The notes under the pieces: model-generated
Told to the model about the DNA's origin: nothing
What the model saw: the letters and a program-made list of their open reading frames with translations, nothing else
Databases searched by the model: none
Source: Catajapyx aquilonaris
Taxonomy: Eukaryota
Direction: 5' to 3'
NCBI GenBank assembly: GCA_000934665.2
Contig: JYFJ02001146.1
Span: 1-64,000 of the forward strand
Length of the DNA: 64,000 bases
Program-made: the position numbers and the translations under genes
Shown: positions 56,440 to 64,000 of the stretch, one piece after another
How positions within the stretch are numbered: the stretch's first letter is position 1
Layout: every line of letters begins with the position of its first letter

Positions 56440-59253
56440 GGCGACAGTTAAATATTCGCAGTGTTCTTCAGTCTTCTTGAAAAGTGATCATAATCACGAT
56501 AGAACTACATTCATCGCTGTATACTTACGCATGCAAGATATCGTGCGACTTAATAAGTTCTTCAGTACCATGATAGCCACAAGATTGACTCATCTTTCTG
56601 CAACCTGCGGGACATTGAATTGCTATTACTGCATGTTTGGTGAGTGCTTATAAAGCATATGCCATAAATAGACCTCACACATGCTGTAATGAGAATGAAG
56701 TGTGGTCATTCAATTCTGGGGCTTAAATACCGTTAAAGTGTTCGTGTGTGTCCCGGTCAATATGTAACCGGTACGCCGCGATATTATTATTCCGTTTGAA
56801 CCACATGTGAAACATTTCTGCCCTATTTGACTAATTGACACGACCAATAGAATCTCCACGAGTGTAATCCATTTTTATTGGCCACCTTTCATTGCGCAAA
56901 GTTAATTAAATACATGCATGGCTGTCTAAATCGAGTTAATTAAGTCAAGTCCTCTCATAACGAGACCGTAGAGATGTCAATTAATTGCCACAGGTTATCT
57001 GAACAACAAGCCATAAATTTGCATGTATTAACATGGTCCATGGAGTTAGGGGGTTCGTTTTCCCTAAACATGGGAATATCCCTAGCTTTTTCTCAACAAA
57101 TTTACACAGTATTGGTAAAATAAATTAGTTTAGTCTTTAAAATGATGATAAACCAAAATTAATATTCGGAAATGATGTACTGTACGTGATTTACGTTAAT
57201 AGAAAAGCACATTATGTATACAGTACATCCAATACAAGCACAATTATTACGTGCATCAATATGAGCAGTATACCAAAAACTGAATACTGTCTACCGCCGG
57301 TCTACAGATTATGCATATCACAGTACCTGCCTAATATGAGTCTACCTGCATAGCAACGAGAAGAGAATTGTCTGGATATCTCTGGGAAGCCTATATATTT
57401 CGCTTTTGGGCAAAAGTCTGGAAAAGTAGGTACAACGTAATAGTGTCAACTATAGTGGAAAAGTCCAAGCTAAAACAGCAAAAGAGACAGACCCACAACC
57501 GCCTGAGAGGAGATGTATAGTGGTCCTAGTTTTGCGAGTATAATTTTTTTTTCAAATGGCCACAGGATATACGGCTGGAACATGCAAAAATTGTAATTTT
57601 TGTACAGCAATGGTGCTGTGTGGCACTCAATATTCATAGTTAAATAATTTCCACATAAACTGGCATTAAATGATATCTGTGATCATGCACTACTGGTGGC
57701 AATATGATATCCCTTCAAACTGAGTAGGCCTACACTATTACAATGAGCAGCCAATAATGTGCAATCATTAATAATTATATTGCATTACTTACTGTACCAG
57801 TGAATAAAATGATGCAACCATGCAGTGGCATAACACCACTATGCGATCAAAATGGAAACAAAAATTTGTAAGCCGTCCATAGGTCTACGGTATAGCGATT
57901 GTAATATTTTTTTAAAAAATAACAAATTGTCAATTTTAAGACACTGAACATACTGTGTCATTTTAAAATCCCAGCTCTCCCTCTTTAAAGTTTACGCATA
58001 TTTTCTTGTTCACCAACAGCATGATTTTACTAATAGCAACTATAAGTGTGCAAGCGGTACTGCTTATATTATTAACTGCCGCACATTTAACGCGGTGCAA
58101 CCTGACGCTCATAATTACTACCTCTATATTTTGCGGTTCAAAAATGTTAAACTACCCATATACCTTAGACTGCTCTAATGTATTGCGCCCCAAGCATTAA
58201 GCACAATTACCTATGCAGAAGTGCTTACTTAAATATACCGTGCCTTCCTGTTTCATGCGTTTAGCAAATTATTGTCGTTGAACTTTAGGAGGCAGTTCCC
58301 CGGATAGAAAATACTCCTACCAGCACTAAAACCGATCGTAACCTTGTCATGCCAACTGGAGCGGTCCAGACCCCAAGTCATAAGGCCTCAAAGTCAACTC
58401 ACACCCTACAGGGCTGCTTCAGGCTCTCACACACCCTGCCAGAAGTGTTCTCCACGTATGCAATATATCGTAAAGTACAAGGCTCGGAACAGGATATTGC
58501 ATAGTGCCCCTATAAAACATTGTCGTATTCGTTACAACCAGAAGCGGGCTTACTCCCTAGCAATCTCAACCGACCTGCAATCCTCTTTGTTTTAAATTCA
58601 CTCGCAATAACTCAGCAGCCCGTTATGCAATTAACATCCATGCAAATCACCGTGCCAACAACGTGCATTCGGAATGAAATTGTCCGACCGCGAATTATCT
58701 CCAGTGACGAATAGTCTTGTCCTACGTCACTGCGTATCTCACAAAAGCAGATCCTCTGGGTGTAAACTATTCGGTGCATATTCCAACTGCTTTCTCCAGA
58801 TAGTGCCCAGCAGTCCGACCATTGAGACTCGAAATCTGCGTCCCCGACACAAGATAGAAATTCGAAGCAGCGCAACAATCGCTGGCTGTGCATTTGGAAG
58901 AGATCCCTTTCTCATAGTGCACACCCAAAGGCTTATAAGTTTAGGCATCTGTTGTAGTTAGGAACAATCGAGGAGGCGGAGGCGGAATAATAACCTTGGG
59001 CTTTATGGATCCGAGCCTGAAACTGATTGTGACGAGGGACTCCTTTGTTGGGACGTCCACCTTGGGGAGATAGAAGCAACCCGCTGCTCGGCAAGGGGTC
59101 TTGTCTTTACACCCAATTACAGGCTTCCAACCCAACTGGATGAATACAATGCTCCTTGCATGCATCAGGTTCAGACTATATCGAAGCCATTATTGTTCAT
59201 GAAACTTGCATCATACTGACAATGGATGCAAATTATATCAAAAACGCCTGTTA

Positions 59254-59328
59254 AGGTAAGGTGACGCCCTCACTAGATGGCAGTAGGTCCACCTATTGCC
59301 GCCATCTAGTGATGGCGTCACCTTACCT
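59254..59328. repeat. 75-nt near-perfect inverted repeat (possible minimal MITE)
   Basis: AGGTAAGGTGACGCC pairs with GGCGTCACCTTACCT (15/15) and TCACTAGATGGC with GCCATCTAGTGA (12/12). An inner AGTAGGT/ACCTATT stem extends the pairing. Confidence 0.9.
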
Positions 59329-61404
59329 GACCGTTTAGAGGGTCGCTCCTAACATATGTGTATTATTGGTCGACCCTCTCAGTTATTATTTATATTTATT
59401 AGGATTAAACAGCTTGATCGATAAGCCAGTGCTTTACCCTTGCTGAACGAATTTGAGACTCCAGTAACACAATACGGACCGGATGAAACTGATCAGGACC
59501 CTGCCTCGAAAGCTCCTTTTGGTTGCCAGTCTCAGCCCAGGTCGTTTTGAAGAGGACATAAGACACCATAGCAAATATCGAGCGCTTTGCAAAACGGGTG
59601 AGATGAGCCCTTATTGTGTCGGGTAAGGAAAGGAAACCTGAAGCAGGTGGAAGGCTCGTCTTAACGCAATTAACAGCCCGCCGGATGAGCCTGGAAAAGG
59701 ATTTATTATTCACTCAGCAACGCACTTGCCAAAAGCGCCTTAATTGCTCGACGCTTCCCCCCCAAAAGCTCATCTTGCATTTCGTTCCCATTAAAAACTA
59801 GACTTCCACTCTTCATCAAAATGTTCCATTTCCAACACTTCTACCGTGCTTTTTTGTACTCCAAAAATGTCGTGCTAACTGGTTCATTCAGGGGGGTTGA
59901 GCTAGGGTTGACCTGAAAGTCTGAAGCTGGTTAATGATCATCTAGGGCCTTTCCTTTACAACGCACCTTAGGCCCTGTCCCCAGGGAGGCATCCGGAGCC
60001 GGAAGTCAAGGTGAGGATGATATTTCTCGACAAGAGACTGCAATATCCTCGGGGAACAAGATTGGCCCGGGGGAAATGGGCTTATCCCAGCTGACATGAA
60101 GGGATTTTCCCGTGCCCATCAACCTGGTATACTTTATCATGCGAGGTGCACTCTTGTCAACAGGCCACCTCTTCAGTGATCTGTCAAATAGGCATTAACC
60201 AAGTTGGTCGGAGATTGTTAGTGTCAATGATTCGAGTTGGATTAAAATAACACCTATAAATGAGAAATGCGGGGGATTGCGGAGAGACACATCATTATGT
60301 GTGAACTTCATTATTTGGGGTAACGAGGCTTCAGAGACTGAATTACACATCTATAAAAAAGTGACCTCGCGACCTGAAGTTGGCCCTAGAGGTTTTTCCG
60401 ACTCATTATAAACTACCATCTATAGCGGCCCGATTCTCAGACGTGCAGTAGAGCATGCGAGAGTAGTTATATGCTGTTACAGGCCTACAGTAATTAGGCT
60501 GTAATGCCAACACCTTCAGTAATCATCCATCAACTCATGTGTCCACATCCGGAACCTCGTCTCATGTTCATTAAGGTTTTATTAACCGAGTTCCGACATA
60601 GACCTATCTCCCTCAGGAGAGGATTGCGTTTTACTGCCTATATTTACAAACGAGCTTACATTTAAATACTGCAGGTACTGCTGTACTGAAAATTATTTGG
60701 TAAAAATATTTCCACCATTCATCCAATTCCTTAAATGTGGCCAGTTTCGGGTACAGGTTATTAGGATGATGATGATCTTTCTGGATGATAAGATCCTAAT
60801 TTTTCTCTGGGCAATCAGGATGTCGGAACTGGGGTGATCAACAATAACTCATCAATTTTCTTTTTGTTACTTCGCCTTTAAAAATCATGGTGCAAACATG
60901 AAGCGATTATTTTTCTGAAAGCCTTCCTTTCACCCAGTTCTGGAATAGCGGATTAAAATGATTGATTTATTGCCTTATCTGCCTGTCACCGATTATTTCT
61001 GCTCGTAACAGAGAGTAGAGGATTAGTCATTGATTTATGGTCTTACCATATAAAGGAAATTCCAGATATTATTGAAAAATGGGGTTGGCCACATTATGCA
61101 CAGGCAATAATACAGCTAAGTATACGGATTTCCTAGGCCAAAATGGCGATGCAAATATTATCCCAGAATATTAATATATCGATCCAGATTTTGATCCGAA
61201 TCACTTTCTGGATGGTGGCAGATTTTGCTATTAGAAGCAGTACTGAGAAGGTCGCTTCTCTTCTCATATATGCAGATTCCGCTGATTTGTGTTTCTTCGA
61301 GATTCGCTGGTCCAACAAGGTGTCCAAGATATTGCAATAATAATAATTAAATTAGGGCATATCATCGGCAGGTATGATAGCGTACCTTTCTGTTATTTTT
61401 GCAT

Positions 61405-61629
61405 GCTTTTCCTACAATATTGTTAATCCTATGGGCCCAATTGCATGACTTTCTACGCCTTGAGGGACTAGTAGCCTGTGCTTTCAACACATGAGCATGA
61501 TATCACAGGACACAGTAGACATTCTACATAATGATTCATTAACTTGATGCAACTAGAGCAGTTTCCCAGTGAGTCTGTTTCATTTCCCTCTCTATCCGAC
61601 TGCTGGTTGCTGGTGGTGGTTATTTCCAT
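61405..61629 (-). pseudogene. Possible decayed PHD-finger ORF (retroelement ORF1/gag N-terminus)
   Basis: Starts caacaATGG, then ...CSSC-IKLMNHYVE-CLLC-PVISCSCV...YCRKS with several in-frame stops. Cys spacing resembles C4HC3, but the His is recoverable only with a local frameshift. Confidence 0.3.
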
Positions 61630-61699
61630 TGTTGCATACGGCAGCACCAGCTCCTGACAGAACGTGCTGGAGATGACACGGGCCCCATCTAGCGGCCTA

Positions 61700-62133
61700 T
61701 GTAGCAATGCGAGTCGTTACAGTACCGTACTTGGATTGGAACTATTCGAGAAATGATTCGAGCCAGAGCAGCCCCTGGACACTTCTATCCTGGCGCAATA
61801 GAAAAGGCCGATCCGTTATTCCTTCCCGCAGCGGCGCTAGCAAAAACAATGGAATTTCGCTGTGCGTGTCGTTCATTCGCCATCACTTCGCCATAACTAG
61901 CGACCCTCCTCCCGATTACTAGGTTTATCAGCGACCCCCCTCCCGATTACTACCGATAGCGTATACCAAGATGGCCGCAATATGTGAGATGTTCACGATC
62001 CAGGTCACATCATGGCGACCTCCAGTCAGCGCCACGGCGGGATTGAGTAACGGAACGCAAGATGGCGGGGAGTTTCCCGACCTCTCCTTCCAAGACCGTG
62101 AGCCAGAGTTACCCAAGGGGTTACCGCGCTACA
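61700..62133. mobile_element. LTR-like element (434 bp)
   Basis: GC/CpG-rich block with 6-bp inverted termini TGTAGC...GCTACA, an internal 23-nt direct repeat (61899-61921 and 61930-61952, one mismatch) and two CAAGATGGC (YY1-type) motifs at 61967 and 62058. No TSD or canonical PBS seen. Confidence 0.55.
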
Positions 62134-62257
62134 ACGCAGATACGAGGTACTATACGTACTGTACTCTACTGCCATGAAAAAGTTACTGATCCTCACCTAT
62201 TTTAAGCACATACTGATCTACCAACACGCTCTTGTCTGTCTTCCTCACTCTCTCTAG

Positions 62258-62379
62258 ATTTCGCAGAATCAAGTCTTGGGACACCACTTCCTCTGCAGCC
62301 ATGTACTCAGTACACCATTCTGTCACAGCCTAAAGAGGAAAATACCACCTATGTCAGAACTGTCTAACTGTGTAACTGT
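62258..62379 (+). other. Candidate 122-nt exon
   Basis: Long pyrimidine tract cttgtctgtcttcctcactctctctag| and donor TGT|GTAAGT at 62380. No recognisable peptide. Confidence 0.45.
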
Positions 62380-64000
62380 GTAAGTGTGTAGCCAGATTGA
62401 AATGATCAAATTGGGCAAGTACCCCTGACGTGCATGTCATTACTCTTTGGCTCAATCCACAGATAGAACATTGTTTTTCTATCTTTCTTGGTGCTGAAAT
62501 CATAGGTTGTAGGTTAATGTGTCAGATGAAAGTGTATTTAGGCCAAGGTTTAAACTTGAAACCATATCTCCTTGGCTAAGACCTTCCCACAAATAAAAAT
62601 GGATCATCGAGAAATCACTTTTGAGCACACTTTATTCCAACCAGTCATGTCACTTCAATATCATCAGCCATCGTCGTACATCCAACTACGTGCAAAAAGT
62701 GAACAAATGAAACAACGTTGGCTTCCATCTCTCCCCGAGTTAAACAGTTCAAAACACCAACCACACTTCACCAAACTGCACCAAACTGCCACCATCACAA
62801 AAGAATAATAATTAAAAAAACAGCCAACCAGACATAACTTACTCCTACTTATGGGATGCAGTAAAAACCTTGAGAAAAACTTGCTCGCACACATACAAAC
62901 TATAAGGTATATACACATTTATATTCAATATATTCACTGTATGTGTAAGCAAGTATTTTTTTTGCCAGTTGCTTAATTCTTATTTATCAAAGTGAAGCGA
63001 CTGCATGAACTTTATACAATTGCAGCCTGCCTCTCATGTCAAAAAAAACCTGCACGTAACACCAAACCTAGTTCCCAACTACGCAACACTTATGACCCTC
63101 GTAAAATCCCAACTAAAATGCCTGACTAGAAGGAAGACTCGGCTTGTGTCCAAGGGTCAAAGGTCGAACTTTTCTGTAGAGGGTATGGTTATTTTTTTTC
63201 CTTTTCTTTTTTTACAATAAGCAGTACTGACAGGCGTCTCAATCAAGTGGACAAACTTTTTGGTAAGATGTGACGCCAATATTTTTTTGAGGTAGCTACC
63301 ACCCAAAATTGACGATGTCCAGTCTTGTCAAAAATTGCACCCCTCTGCGCATCATGGTTTTAAAAACTCGCAACACCTAACACACCAAAGTCTGAAGATT
63401 TACACATGACTCACACGTGACATCCAGAGTATCAAAAAAGCTGGTGTATAAAAGACGACATTGGAAGAGGGGAGGGGGAAACTGAGTTGTGTGTGAAACT
63501 CAGGTACAGTCATTCTTTTAAGGGAAGTACAGCATCCTGCCTTCAATAAATTAGGCCTTACTCTAAGCCTCTTTGAAGAAAAGTCATTTTTAACAATTTT
63601 CTTGTGTTGGTTAATGTACAACTGGCTAATATTTCATTATTCATAACTTACTCTTTTTTTATACAGTTAGCCAAATTTAATGATAAGCAGGATGCCATAA
63701 TCATCCCTTCCCTTTTTTGTGCGATTACACTTTTCAGAAAAACCTGAACCCAAGAACCTGAGGAAAGGCAAAAATTCGTCCCAGAAAAGTGTCAACTATT
63801 GCCATCTATGTGCTCCTGCTCAGTAACATGTGAGGCACATACGTATTGCTGATACTTAAAAAAAGGCCCTCCCCTGTCGCATGCCTTTGGGATAACGTGA
63901 AGCACAGTCCCAAAGCTGTCATACTACATGGACTGTCCCCTACCCCTAGAAACTCAGTCCCCTTGGTATGCATTATTTGGACGCGACTAAAACCCCTCGG

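Noticed and set aside
1..64000. CRISPR arrays, operons, rRNA or other prokaryotic/viral systems
   Set aside because: No regularly spaced repeats, long ORFs or rRNA motifs. SINEs, LTRs, microsatellites and spliceosomal signals indicate animal nuclear DNA.

Overview
Almost entirely non-coding animal (probably invertebrate) nuclear DNA, roughly 40% GC by eye, with three single-base 'n' assembly breaks (5491, 13544, 21882). No ORF in the track resembles a complete protein, so the window reads as a gene desert or very large intron. Supported content: two copies of one tRNA-derived SINE family, each with a clear target-site duplication (13544-13736 minus, 42844-43185 plus); a second, tRNA-Ser(GCU)-like SINE embedded in microsatellites (56115-56371); an LTR followed by a tRNA-Lys primer-binding site (21611-21866); a second LTR-like element (61700-62133) beside a possible decayed PHD-finger ORF; a decayed THAP-domain relic (15219-15559); and a 75-nt palindrome carrying two CTCF-like motifs (59254-59328). 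There are also several hairpins and isolated exon-like segments with strong splice signals on both strands. Window-wide, TAC(A/T)GTA motifs (the Tc1/mariner excision footprint), POU octamers and CRE palindromes look over-represented. I cannot demonstrate a novel multi-gene system. The best leads are the footprint signature, the covarying SINE hairpin, the CTCF-like palindrome, the 45-kb hairpin cluster and the orphan exons.
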